From: Narcine bancroftii
Taxonomy: Eukaryota
Assembly (NCBI RefSeq): GCF_036971445.1
Contig: NC_091482.1
Location: forward strand, 61,752,001-61,816,000
Direction: 5' to 3'
Length of the DNA stretch: 64,000 nt
Within the stretch, counting starts at the first letter, position 1. The number at the start of each line of letters is the position of its first letter. Of the stretch, positions 1 through 11,864 are shown in pieces. Below the pieces are notes generated by a model. It searched no databases. It was not told the origin of the DNA and worked only from the letters and a program-made list of their open reading frames with translations. The translations under genes were made by a program, and so were the position numbers.

Positions 1-275
1 GGTTCCGAAACAGCTGCTACCCCTCCACTATCAGACTCCTCAACAACAAACTCAACCAGACTCATTTTGAAGACTCTTACTTTTGTACTTTGGTTTTTTT
101 TCCCCTCTCTGTTTTGCAGTCAGGGATTTACAATTCTTTATTTGTTTACATGTGTACATTGTGTACAGTTTTTTGCACATTACCAATAAGTGTAATTCTG
201 CCTGGCTTGCAGGAAAACAAAATCTCAGGGTTGTATGTGATGTCATGTATGTACTCTGACAATAAATCTAAATCT
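1..275 (+). mobile_element. 3' end of a Rex1/Babar-type LINE
   Basis: AACAGC...ATCAGACTCCTCAAC ORF end and GACAATAAATCTAAATCT tail. Confidence 0.6.
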
Positions 276-447
276 TTAAAGCACATTTAATAAGTGTATT
301 AACCCCATGTGTTGTGAAAACTGGAGGAAAAGGAAGGGCACTTGTGACTGCAAGACCCCACATCTCTCAAGCACTTTCCAAAATGAGCAACTTTGTATGT
401 ATTTTTATTTAACTGTAAGTCGTGATAGAAAATTTGTTTTCTTCTAG

Positions 448-476
448 GTCAAGAACTCACTACCTTGAATTACTTG
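448..476 (+). CDS. ZWILCH: ZWILCH internal coding exon (29 nt)
   Basis: ttttcttctag|GTCAAG...TACTTG|gtaagg; encodes (G)QELTTLNYL. Confidence 0.9.
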
Positions 477-564
477 GTAAGGATAATAAATAATATTTAC
501 AATTTGTGTCTAAGCTTTGTTTCTTATCTAATAATTTAGCTTTTATTAACATTTGATCCTGCAG

Positions 565-701
565 GAGTACTTTGTGAATTCCACCGTAAGTCTTGAAGAC
601 CAGTTGCTCCGTCTCCGTAAACTCCATCACATGCTCGAACTGCTACTGTGTTGCAGTGCCTTTCTCAATTTGAGCCACGAGAAGCTCTTTGCATTGACAC
701 A
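565..701 (+). CDS. ZWILCH: ZWILCH internal coding exon
   Basis: tcctgcag|GAG...ACACA|gtaagc; encodes EYFVNSTVSLEDQLLRLRKLHHMLELLLCCSAFLNLSHEKLFALT(Q). Confidence 0.95.
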
Positions 702-1377
702 GTAAGCACTCAGTTTGTATATTCTATGTAAATAATGATGTGTTTGCAACAAGTATTGCAGTGTCACAGAAAAATGCATCATTTAATTATTTCTTTTAAT
801 CTCTTTAATTGTAAAAATATATTTTTTAACTGAACAATGCCCCATAAATGGTATTTCACTCTGAATACTCTTCTTCCTGCTTGGATTATAAATGTGTTCA
901 CATCAAAAGATACCTCTGTTGTCCTTCTCTGAAACCTCAGGATTATAATTTTTTTTAACTCCTTTTAAATGTTAATGTGATTTAGGTCATGTTTTTTTTA
1001 AAGAACCAAACTACCATGGCTCAATTTAAGATAATCTCTCCCTCCAAGTCTTGCAAAATGACTCTGGCTCTTCAGTTTGATTAAATATTCCTGGAATGTG
1101 GCTTTCCATGTAATACTCTATTTGTATAATCTTTCTTTCGATTTGAGTTTTGTTTTATTGATGGTTAAATTGTTTTTGTTTTGGAAAGTGTGTTTAATGA
1201 TTGAGTTCCAAAGCAAATCTCAATTAGGATGGATTTTTCTTTCATTCCAATCCTGCACATTTCTGTAAAGAGTTTGAAATATAGAAAATAAATAAAAATA
1301 CATGCAATATATCAAAGGGGTGCTTTTTACAATCAATGCATTTTAAACAGAATGTTGTTTGTCATCTATATTAACGA

Positions 1378-1580
1378 TTGGTTAGCACAACACAATTATA
1401 GTGCCAGCTACCGAGTTTTGAACTTGGCGCAGTCTGTAAGGAGTTTGTACATTCTCCCCATGTTTGCATGAGTTTTCTCTAGGTGCTCTGGTTTCCTTCC
1501 ACCCTTCAAAAACGCATACAAGTTTTGCAGGTTAATTGGGATATTTGGGCAGCGTAATGTCTAAATTAAAATTAAAAAAA
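1378..1580 (+). mobile_element. HE1/V-SINE-like tRNA-derived SINE
   Basis: TGGTTAGCA A-box-like start; V-domain-like GTCTGTAAGGAGTTTGTACATTCTCCCC...GGTGCTCTGGTTTCCTTCCAC. Confidence 0.7.
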
Positions 1581-1584
1581 ATTA

Positions 1585-2255
1585 AAGTGTGAGGTGTTGC
1601 ACTTTGGGAGGAGGAACCAGGGTAGGATTTGCACAATAAATGGTAGTGGCGTCACGAGTAGAAAGGGACATAAAGAAAGCTTTTAGCCTATTGGCCATCA
1701 TTATTTCCATTGTGAAGTACAGGAGTTGGGATGTTATGTTGAAGTTGTACAAGACATTGGTGAGGCTAAAATGTGGAGTAATGCGTACAGTTTTGGCCAT
1801 CTACCTACAGGAAAGGTGTAAAGTTGAAATAGTGCAGAGAATTTACAAGGATGTCGCCAGGACATGAAGAGCTGAGTTGTAGGGGAAGGTTGATTAGATG
1901 AGGACTTTATTCCCTGGAATGTTGGAGAATGAGGGGAGATTTGATAGAAATTCTGAGGTATAAAGACAAACAGGCTTTTTCCACCAAGGTTGGATGAGAC
2001 AGGAAGTAGAAGGCATGGATAAAGGGTGAAAGGTAAAATATTTAAGGGGAACATTAGGGAAACTTTACACAGAAGGTGCTGGGAGTGGTGATGATGGAGG
2101 TGGGTTTGATTTTTGATGTTTAAGATAAAATTGGATAAGAACATGGATGGGAGGGTGTGGAGGGCTATGGTCCAAGGGCAGATTTGGGGACTTAGGCAGA
2201 ATAATAGTTTGGCATGGACCAGAGAGGCTAAAGGGCCAGTTTCTATGCTGCTCTA
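1585..2255 (+). mobile_element. CR1-type LINE 3' fragment
   Basis: Degenerate RT C-terminus (YRSWDVMLKLYKTLVR; GAATGAGGGGAGATTTGATAGAA) and CR1-type 3' tail. Confidence 0.75.
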
Positions 2256-2727
2256 ATCCATAATTAAATTCTAATGCTGATTAGTTGGATCTCTTTTGAG
2301 TTGGCAAGAATTGGAATTTTACATTGTTTACACAGCAGTTCAGAGGATTGATATAGATGATTCCAAAGTATTGTTGTGAAATTATTTTTGAAATAAACTT
2401 CAATTTATGAAACCTGACTAGATTATAATTTCCCAGGTGATTATGATCCAAGGGAAGAATGGGAGAGAGGAAAATACAAAATGAAGGAGGAAGCCCAATA
2501 ACATTGGTTTTTGGATTGCTTTGACAAAAAGATAGAAGTTGGCCTGAATGGCATCCAGAAGTTTACTGTTTCATTTGAAATACACATAGATTAGTGGTAC
2601 TGATTGAGAATGGAAATCAATTGGATACTTTACAGGTTGAGGATTTAGTGTTGAAACTATTGTTGCAAATTTATTATCTTTGATTATTATAAAAAAAGAT
2701 ACTGTACTGCATCTCCCCTTTCAACAG

Positions 2728-2823
2728 ATCCTGCTCCAGATACTACAAGGACAATCCACTAGATGAACAACATGTTTTCCAGTTGCTCATCAGACCTATG
2801 GCCATCAATGCTTTCTATGAAAG
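2728..2823 (+). CDS. ZWILCH: ZWILCH internal coding exon
   Basis: cccctttcaacag|ATCC...GAAAG|gtaagg; encodes [31 protein letters not shown]. Confidence 0.95.
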
Positions 2824-4172
2824 GTAAGGTTCAAAACTGAAATGTGTAAGTTGTCAATACAGAAGCAATGTATTTGATTAAAGTAACTCGAACAGGCATT
2901 TGAGTACAGTTTATATTAAATGCTTTGCTATGTATATTTTTATTGTGTTTGATTTCTGGTAGGAGATGAGACAGGGTCATAATCTTGCAGTCTTTAAAGC
3001 AACAAGGTAGTGTATTGGTGTGGATAGAAGACTGGAAGGTGAACAGGAAATTGTAGGTCATTTTTTTAATTGGCAAGATGGTGTCTCACAGAGATCAATA
3101 CTGGAGCTTCATCTTTCAGAACATAAATGACAGATGAAAGCAGCAAGATGTAGTTAAAAATAAGGAGTCGCTCATTTAAGATTTTTTCTGACAGTGTCAA
3201 ATCTTTGGAACTATTCAAAGGGCATTGAAATCAGAATCTTTGAATATTTTTTAATGCAGCTAAGTTTGTGATAAATATGGTGTTAAAGATTAGTGAGTAG
3301 ATGGAATGTAGAGTTGCAGTCATGGGGTAATCAGCTACACCTTGTTCCTAATTCATATCTGTTTGTGAGAACTTGTATGCCTCACCTGTAAGGAACTACT
3401 GAACAGAAAGCATTGGATGTTAAGTAGGACATGCAGAAGGGAACTCCTTAAAGGTAAATATTTTGAAAATAATTGTTTAAAGGCAGGGAGGGGCTAAAAT
3501 GAAGGATGCAATATATGAGAAAATAGCTATGGACCAAACTGCTGGGAGAGAGGTGAAATATTAGAAGGGCAGATGAAAGGAGATCAGGCAGTAAATTATA
3601 ACAGTATGTGTTATTAGCATCATGTGAAGAACTGTAAAGGGAAGCGTGAGCAAGCATCGATTTGCAATGATGGGAGTCTATTTTTGTAATTTAAAAAAAA
3701 ATACATGATTTACTATGAGCACCATTATATGTTTTTATGACCTGGTATTTTTTGAGTGACCAAGTGAAATTGTGCACACAGTACGGGCAGTGTACTTCGC
3801 CTTTGAACATCTGATGATGAGAGATTCAAATCATGGCTGTCAGGCAGAAGTTCTGTAAACATGCTTGACAATTGGTGGTTATGGCATACTCATCTGACCA
3901 CTGGATGAAGACTCGAGTATCAGACCTGAGAGAAAATAGCAATAAAAACTCTTCATATTTGCAAATAGCTTCCAAATAATGAATGTATTTAAGGCAGTGG
4001 TTCATGATTAGCCAGGACATCAAAGGTTATGGGGAGAAGGGCAGTGGAGCTAAGTGGGGAATATTGATCAGCTCATGATTAAATGGCAGGGCAGACTCTT
4101 TGGGCTGAATAGCCCATTTCTGCTTCTATGTCTTGTGGTCTAATTCTGGGTTGTTTTTTTTTTTCATTTTAG

Positions 4173-4291
4173 TGAAAATCCCATTATGTGGAGAATGGAG
4201 ATTGTCAGTGGCCACGGGCAGAAAGAATTAAAAACAATATGGCAGTTGAACACCAAGCCACCGGTAGATCATGTGACATTTAATACCCCAG
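4173..4291 (+). CDS. ZWILCH: ZWILCH internal coding exon
   Basis: ttttcattttag|TGAA...CCCAG|gtattt; encodes (S)ENPIMWRMEIVSGHGQKELKTIWQLNTKPPVDHVTFNTP. Confidence 0.93.
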
Positions 4292-4544
4292 GTATTTTCC
4301 TTGATTTGTTAATACCCTCAACAGTGAGAAGGGATCTTTTGCCGACAAGCTAACTGGTTATCTCGGACATTCATAAAACCATGTAAAGAGTGCAATTTAC
4401 AGAGTATGGGATTATAATGAAAAGGAAGATTAGCATCAAGGGCATGGGAGCATTGTTATGGGCCTCATTCATGAGCCTTTTGGCTGCAGAGAAGAAATTA
4501 TCTTTAAGCCTAATGGTGTATGCCTTCACAAGATGGGAGGAGAG

Positions 4545-6400
4545 AGTCAAGTCAAGTTTATTGCCATCTAATTGTACAAGAACAACCTGACGAAACAGCA
4601 TTCTCCAGTCCTCGGTGCAAAATGTGCAGACACATAACCAGACATAACCCTCATACAGACAAATAATACATATGCAGGAAAAATATTTCATCTATACAAA
4701 TAAATAAAATATATTATCACTTAATTAAGAGAGCCTTGGATGGTTAGTGTGAGTAGTTCCTTTGGTCGTTCAGCATTCTCACTGTCTGTGGGAAGAAGCT
4801 GTTCCTCAGCCTAGTGGTGCTGGCTTTGATGGACCTGTATCCAACGAGAACAGCTAAAAGATGCTGTGTGCAGGTTGGAAGGGGTCCTCAATTATTTTGC
4901 GTTCCCTCTTCAGACAGCGATCCCAGTAGATCATATCGATGAAGGGAGGGTGAGACTCCATTGATCCTCTCATATGGTCCTGTGGATTGACTGCCAATCC
5001 ATTTCTCTGCAGCAACTGTAACCATATTGATACTGGGCAGGGTGCTCTTGATAGAGTTCCTATTGTAGGTTGGCATAATGGTGGCTAATAGCCTTTCCCA
5101 CTTCAGTCTTCTCAGGAAGTTCAGTCGCTGTTGCACCTTCCTGACAAGTGAGGAGATGTTGAATGTCCACGATAGATCACTAGTTAACTCCAAGGAACTA
5201 GGTGCTCTCCACTACTGAATTGTTATGTGTAGTGGAGGGTAGTCATTCCTGGTCCTCCTGAAGTTCACATTCATCTCCTTGTCTACATTGAGACTCAGAA
5301 TGTTACTCCTTCACTATTTTATGAAATTTTCCGCCTCTTTAGTGCGATTGATCTTTATTGCTGACGAAGCCAACTACTGTTGTGCCATCTGTAAACTCAA
5401 TGTCACTGTTGGAGTTGGATCTGGCAGTGCAGTTGTGGGTTGTAGCGTGAACAGGAGCGGGCTGAGTGTATAACCCTGAGATTCACCAGTGCTCAGTATG
5501 ACATTGCTCAGCGTTCTGCTACCAACTTTGCGAAAAGACCATAGTCTATCTGGGAAGTCCAGGATCCAGTTAGAGATGGGTGTTGAGTCCCAGTGAGGAC
5601 AGCTTCTCCACCAGCCTCTGGGGAATGATTGTGTTAAACGTTGAGCTGAAGTCAGCCTGGTGTGTGAGACATTGTTTTCCAGGAGGGCCAGGATGGATTA
5701 AGGGATTTTCAGAGAATGTGATTATTATGAAAAGGAAGATTAGCATCAGAACAGTGAAGTGACAAGGCATTGTTGGTGGAACGGTTTCTTCTATAAGCGA
5801 ATTAAAATGGATCCACCTCTAGGAGGTGTGCTTTGATGCATTCTATCACCAGACCCTCGAAGCATTTCATTATGGTGGAGGTCAGTGCCACAGGGTGGCG
5901 GTCATTGAGGACTGTAATTGTGGCCCTCTTGGGTACCAGGTAATGGTGGCTGTCTTGAATCCTGCAGGAATGATGGACTGCTGCATAAGGTGTTGAAGAT
6001 GTCCGTGAAGATCGCCATCAATTGATCTCCACAGTCCTTCAGTACCTGACCAATTATGGTGTCTGGTCCTGCCGCTTTGTGAGGGTTCACCTTTTATAGG
6101 GTTCTCCTTACCTCAGCTGTATTTCTGCAGGGGGCCTGTTCATCAGGGGGACATGGCTCTTTAGCGTCATCCTGTTCTTCTCATCAAACCATACAAAGAG
6201 GATGTTCAGAAGGGAGGCATCATTGACCTTAACTTGCAAGGTTCACTTGTGATCCGTTAGTCCTGATCCCCTGCCACATGCGCCTTGTGTTACTGGTGTC
6301 GCACAGCTGTCTGGATCTTCTGTGCATACCCCTGCTTTGCCTTCTGGATTGCATGGGAGAGTTCAGCCCCAGCTGATCTTAGTGCCACTCTATCCCGAGA
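4545..6400 (-). mobile_element. Decayed Rex1/Babar-type LINE
   Basis: Minus-strand RT remnants [43 protein letters not shown] and DLSWTFNISSLVRKVQQRLNFLRRLK; tail AATAAACTTGACTTGACT. Confidence 0.8.
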
Positions 6401-7278
6401 TTGTGTCTGGATCATGTCGGTTGCCTTCCCTAGACAGTGGGGGACATAGATTGAGTCCATGGAGGGTATTCATGGTCTCTAGTATTGACAAAAAGTATAC
6501 CAATTGATTTTCATGTTGTTTTGGGGACATAGATCAGTTGGGCCAAATTGAATTCAAGATCATTTTGTCGTTTAGAAACTCGGGGATCAGAATAAACCAT
6601 TTGGCCCTTCGATCAGGACTGTTAGCATCATAATAATGTATAGCTGCTCTCATTCCTTAATCCTGAATATGCTACCTCGGCATAAATCTATGAAACTATT
6701 TTATGTTTAACCACTAGTGAATCCCCAGTGTGTGGTTGACTGGGAGCAAAGTCTTTCTGTGGGCAAGGCTGCATGTGTGTGGTGCAGGTTCAATTTATGG
6801 ACCATTTGCTTCACTCTTGTGATTTCTTTATATGAGAGTTTATTGTCATAAGTAAGTACAATTACAGATGCATCCTCTAAATGTATCTCTTGGATGAATC
6901 CTTTAGGCTGATTTGTAACCTCTTCAAATGAGAAATATTTTTCTGTGTATTCGATAGATCTTTTTAGGAAGCTACCCAACTGAATTAGTGTATAAATTGC
7001 TATATGTACAAGAGTATTTGCTGTGATCTGTAGTTTAGTCATAATTTAGATTACATCATAACTGTGTTACTCTTTAAAATTGTACTTCATATTCTGACTA
7101 TAACATTACATATTTTAATATTTATGGGCATTTTATGTGCTGGGTTGCATTAAAGTTTATCAAAGTACATTTGAAATTGTGCATAGTCCTAAGAAAACTG
7201 TCACATTATTTCCAAGTCTGAGAAATCACTGTTTTAAAATTATGTACAGCTAATTTTATTTTTTTTTATATATATAAG

Positions 7279-7373
7279 ATCTGCCAAATGATGAAGCAAC
7301 TCTGAGTAGTGATTGCGAAGAGGCATTTTATTACAACACAGTAATTAGCTGCAGTCAAGCACATTTCCTGTAA
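7279..7373 (+). CDS. ZWILCH: ZWILCH last coding exon
   Basis: tatataag|AT CTG...TTC CTG TAA; encodes (D)LPNDEATLSSDCEEAFYYNTVISCSQAHFL*. A donor AAAG|gtaaat follows at 7390/7391. Confidence 0.92.
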
Positions 7374-8373
7374 AACATTGCAGGAAAAAGGTAAATCTAT
7401 CAGTATATTTTTTTCCAGACTTTAAGGATGAATGTTCAATAATATTGGATCTTGTATTGTACGTGGGGAGTAACCTAGCCTACCACAGGCACTGACTGAA
7501 GTTGGGCATTGGACCCTCTACATTTTCTTTTGTATTCCATTACTACCCAGGACAAAGTCATTGGCCTGAACAATAAAAAATGTAGATGTTACAAATCTGA
7601 AATAAAAAGAATTGCTGGAAATGGTCAGTGGATTAAGCAGTATCTCTGGAGAAATAACAATATTAGAATATTAAAATTACTGTATCACTAAAAGTAGGAT
7701 CTAATTGTTATTTCCAAAAAATTAAACACTGGCGCACCATTAGATAAATCCAAATATATTGTGTAACAATTATTTCATAGGAACTCTTGTACCTGACTGA
7801 GGTTTTAATTTTATATTTGTTGCTTGAAGATTCCAGCTTTCATGGGGAATTTTATTTGAACAAGGCCCCTGACAACTGTTGTTTATCAGCAATACGTTAC
7901 AATTGATCAATTAAAATATATTTGAATCCAGAGATTGTATACCATTGAGTATTTGATGTATACTGGGTAAATGTACATCAGTTGTTAGTAATCAAAAGGA
8001 AAAATATTGTTCAATGTGACTGACTGAATATTTATGTATCCTTGTGATGTTGTCTTCATCCTGAAGACTTCTCTGCATAGTAAGACTGGTTCATTATTCA
8101 GCAGGCACTTTTTGTTAGCACACAATAATATCACTGATGTCACCATACTTTATTGTGCTTTGCGTCTTATGTTTTTTAATGATTCTAACGTCAAAATGTT
8201 TGTGTATGACCTTGGACTGAGTTATTAAGAAGAAATATTGCTTGTAGTATTTATTAACTTGCATCTTTAGTGAATTATTTCTAATATAATTTTGGATAGC
8301 ATTCAGTGCTAATTAGGGAAGGAACTGTTTTATATATAATCCTTTTATTGGATGTTGTGCTCCTTTATCTCAG

Positions 8374-8465
8374 ACATGAAGGCCCGAATGATGGTTTTGT
8401 ATACAAATCAATTTTATCATTCCAAGATTTTACTCTCAATAAAACGGGCAGTATCTGGAATTGAT
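8374..8465 (+). other. ZWILCH: Putative non-coding terminal exon of ZWILCH with poly(A) signal
   Basis: Acceptor gtgctcctttatctcag| ends at 8373; AATAAA at 8438-8443; pairs with the post-stop donor at 7391. The 3' end is approximate. Confidence 0.5.
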
Positions 8466-8610
8466 GTTAGTGAAATACCACATCCAATTTTTAATGATTT
8501 TTTTTTCGCATTTTAACAAATTTTCTGAAGAAAAAAATCTTTTGTTAGCCATCCATTTTTTGTTTCATTATGCATATTACATTGTATACCACAACAGAAA
8601 TCTTAATTTC

Positions 8611-8723
8611 TCATTGTCTTCGAAGTAGGAACATCAGTAAAACAGCACTCAGGAGTATACAAAGGATGCACACAGTTGGGACTACAATCTCAGTCACCAT
8701 CTCCATATGATTGATAAGAGGAT
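8611..8723 (-). CDS. LCTL: LCTL terminal exon 13 (transmembrane anchor)
   Basis: cttttag|AT CCT...; encodes (D)PLINHMEMVTEIVVPTVCILCILLSAVLLMFLLRRQ*. Confidence 0.95.
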
Positions 8724-9809
8724 CTAAAAGTCAAAAGAAAAATGTATAATGCAAACATTGCTTTTAATTATTTGAGAAATAATGTAATTTCACTAAATCA
8801 AATGAATTTAAGGCTGATAATATTCTACCATTTGCTTGTTTAGGGGGGAAAAAAAGCTGGGTTACATCTTTTGCTGAGAATATTGACAGCAGTGTTCTGC
8901 TTTTCTTCCACTTTTAAAGTAAAACTAGATTAACTGAAGCATTAAATTCCTTTAAAGCAAATGACAGAAAAGATGATACCTTAAACTGTCTGTTGGACAG
9001 AAATCTAATCCAAGACATTCATCATTTTCACATAGTAATGTATGTAAAAATATTATAACTTAATTTATTTGACTGTTTTCTGCTTAGTGTATTTGGATTT
9101 TGTGTGCAAAATTCAAAATATCCATTTTTGATACTGAGATGGTAACCTGTGTATTAGAGCAGTGTAAACAATCTTGCTCTTCCAATACTCTACCTCAAGT
9201 CAATGTAACCAAATGTCTTTGTATCTATCACATGAAGAGGTCAGCTTCTCTCACTGTTTTCTTAACATATAACAAACCATATAACAATTACAGTATGGAA
9301 ACAGGCCATCTCGGCCCCTCTAGTCCACACCGATTTTGCCTCTTCTTTCTTTCTTGGTGTTCCATCATCCCAGTTCCCATTTCAAGACCCCTACCCACTC
9401 ATCGACTCCACGGTAAACCTGTGTACATCCTGCTGTCTCAGGCTCCTGAACAGAGTTCTTAGACTTCCTCTGTCTCTTATACAGGCAAACCCCGCATTAT
9501 AAGGAGTGGAGGTTGCTTTCCTAGAAACCAATCTGTACCAAGCTTTTCTGTAATGCAAAGTTGTCTCAATTGCAGGAAATAAGGGCAAGTTGAAAAAAAC
9601 TGTGTACATATTTTTCCCCATATAAATTCCATGGAGTGAGTTTTATTTCTTCTCTCTAATTATTAGGTAGTGATTTGTGAATTTACTCAGGGTGAGTTTC
9701 TTTCAGTTGAATGGCAGTAAGTCAAGGATTGCCTGTGTTCTCTGCCAGATTTCGAGTATCTGTTGGTTCAGCAAGATCAAAATACCCAGCAGGCTCTATT
9801 ATGGGCATC

Positions 9810-10560
9810 CAATGCACTCATCTTGTCTGTCTTGTTGATTTATTTTCTCTCTGGTGCGAGAATAACAACCTGAGTCTCAACCTGGATGGGATGATGTGTA
9901 CTTGAAGAAGACCAGGGTCAACCATTCTCCACTGTACATTAACAGCTCTGTAATGGAGAGAATAGAGAGCACCAAGTTGATCTATCCTGGGTACAAAACA
10001 TCTCACTTCTCAAGAAGGTGCAACAATGACTGCCCTTCCTGAGAAGACTGATGAGCGAGGCGACTGGCCACCATCCTGTCAACTTTTTACTGGAGCTCTA
10101 TCAGTCACATCCTGGCTGGATGCCTCCCAGACTGGTGCTGTTGCTGTCAATCCACAGGACCATAAGAGCGGCAGAGAGGATCACTGGGGGTCTCTTCCCT
10201 CTCACTGATGGGATTTACTGGGATTCTGGTTTAAAGAGGGCTGACAAAATCAGTGAGGGCCCCTCCCACAGCATCTTCCAGATACTCCCTTCAGGAAAGA
10301 GATGTAGGAGTATCAGAGGTAGAACCACCAGGCTGAGAAGCAGCAGCTTCCCATGGACAGTGAGACTGTTGAATATCTGAATTAATTGGTCATCCCAACC
10401 CTTTGTGACTTGACTATTTATTTAACAACGTTTAGTAATATTGTATGTAAGTACTGTGCATGTGTATTGTTTGTCTGCCACGTGTCATACTGAGGACTAG
10501 AGAATACTGTTTCATCGGGTTGAACTTGTACAATCGGATTATAAATAAATTTGAACTCAT
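9810..10560 (+). mobile_element. Rex1/Babar-type LINE 3' fragment
   Basis: WCENNNLSLN and HSIFQILPSGKRCRSIRGRTTRLRSSSFPWTVRLLN motifs; AATAAATTTGAACT tail. Confidence 0.75.
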
Positions 10561-11327
10561 CACCAACATTTTTCAATACAATATGATCTCAAACCATTTT
10601 CTGTCCATTCATTTTCTGTTAACTCATTTTGTACTTATTTATTGACATTCTTACACTGGAAGGAAATCTGCTTGCTCCCTTTCAACAAAGCATTGTTGTC
10701 TGTCTATACAATACATAACCATTCCTCTTTCCAAAAAGTTTTTGTTCTTTTCTCACCTGAAGGATTTACTTTCCCCAGCTAATCTCCTGTTCTTTACCCT
10801 TTGTAGAAAGTACTTCTTTAGTATTGGGACCAGTGCTGGCTGTGGAGTTTACATGGGGGGGGGGGGGGGGCAGGTATTTCTCAGCAATAGAGCATTTGAC
10901 TGCATTTCCTAAAGATAAGATAGTGTATAGTTTAGGCAACTATAAATTTCCTTCTTGTGGATATGAGAGAGATTTCAGGATAAGTTGGGGGGGGGGGGTG
11001 GGTTTGATGAGCCTCATGGCTCCTGCTGTGTTATTCGAATGGCAAGCATTTGAACTACCTGAAAATAATGGATGCTGCCTGACCTGCTGATTGTTTGCAG
11101 AAGATACTTGAGAATATTGCTTTGTTTTCAAGGCAAATGGGAAAGCATTGAAATCAAAATGTATAATGTTTTATAATAATTGCATATGATTATTTTTGAG
11201 AAATTTCAAATACAAAAGGACAAAATAATACCAAGCTAATTTAGCCAAAAAGGCTAATGTGCACATAATTTTTGATTTGTTTTCAAGACTTCATCTTGGT
11301 ACTGAAATGACATCAATCCCTTAGTAC

Positions 11328-11401
11328 CTAAACTTCATCATGCACTGGCCAAACTGGTGGCAAATATGCCTGGTTCTCATTTGTTCGGTCTGTTCTTCCA
11401 G
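11328..11401 (-). CDS. LCTL: Candidate alternative LCTL exon encoding a soluble C-terminus ...PPVWPVHDEV*
   Basis: Branch-like gctaat, polypyrimidine tract and acceptor (ttcttttttatttgcccttttcag|). Phase matches exon 12; reads (A)GRTDRTNENQAYLPPVWPVHDEV*; TAG is followed directly by gtacta (possible donor). Confidence 0.7.
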
Positions 11402-11864
11402 CTGAAAAGGGCAAATAAAAAAGAACCCATTAGCCCATGAGCAATGCCTCCTCTTCCTATACCTTCCTGAATTTTTTAATGTAACTCTTGCTTTAAAGGG
11501 ATGATATACTTTTTATTGATTTTAATAAAGAATGTACAAATTTTTAAAAATATTTCTAAAGGAAAAGGGACGATAAAAATTGATGCATTGTTCATCTTTA
11601 TGGGGTTTTTTTTGGAAGTTAAGAAGTGTGTGGAAAATACAACTTTTAGTGGTGCATCGTACACTGGTGTGCTTGTTTAATAGTATTAGGCCTGGTAAAA
11701 CCTTTAAACATGAATTATTGACATCCAGATTTTAAAAAATTTAATTCAAGCAAAGTAATAATAAAATATGAAGAATGTCATGGTAAGCCATGTCAGTACA
11801 TTATTAATGGAAAAAATGAAGTTTCGAAACTTGAACTTTGAAATAAATAAGTAATTAAATAGAA

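Larger units (their letters stand above)
448..7373 (+). other. ZWILCH: ZWILCH kinetochore protein (RZZ complex), 3' part of gene; the 5' part lies before the window
   Basis: Exons 448-476, 565-701, 2728-2823, 4173-4291 and 7279-7373 splice in phase. They give (G)QELTTLNYL-EYFVNSTVSLEDQLLRLRKLHHMLE...[25 protein letters not shown]...-SENPIMWRMEIVSG...KTIWQL...-DLPNDEATLSSDCEEAFYYNTVISCSQAHFL*, matching the recalled vertebrate Zwilch C-terminus. Confidence 0.95.

Noticed and set aside
10855-10998. Poly-G runs (similar runs at 35090, 45060, 50178 and 62771)
   Set aside because: Simple homopolymers common across this window; no specific function can be supported.
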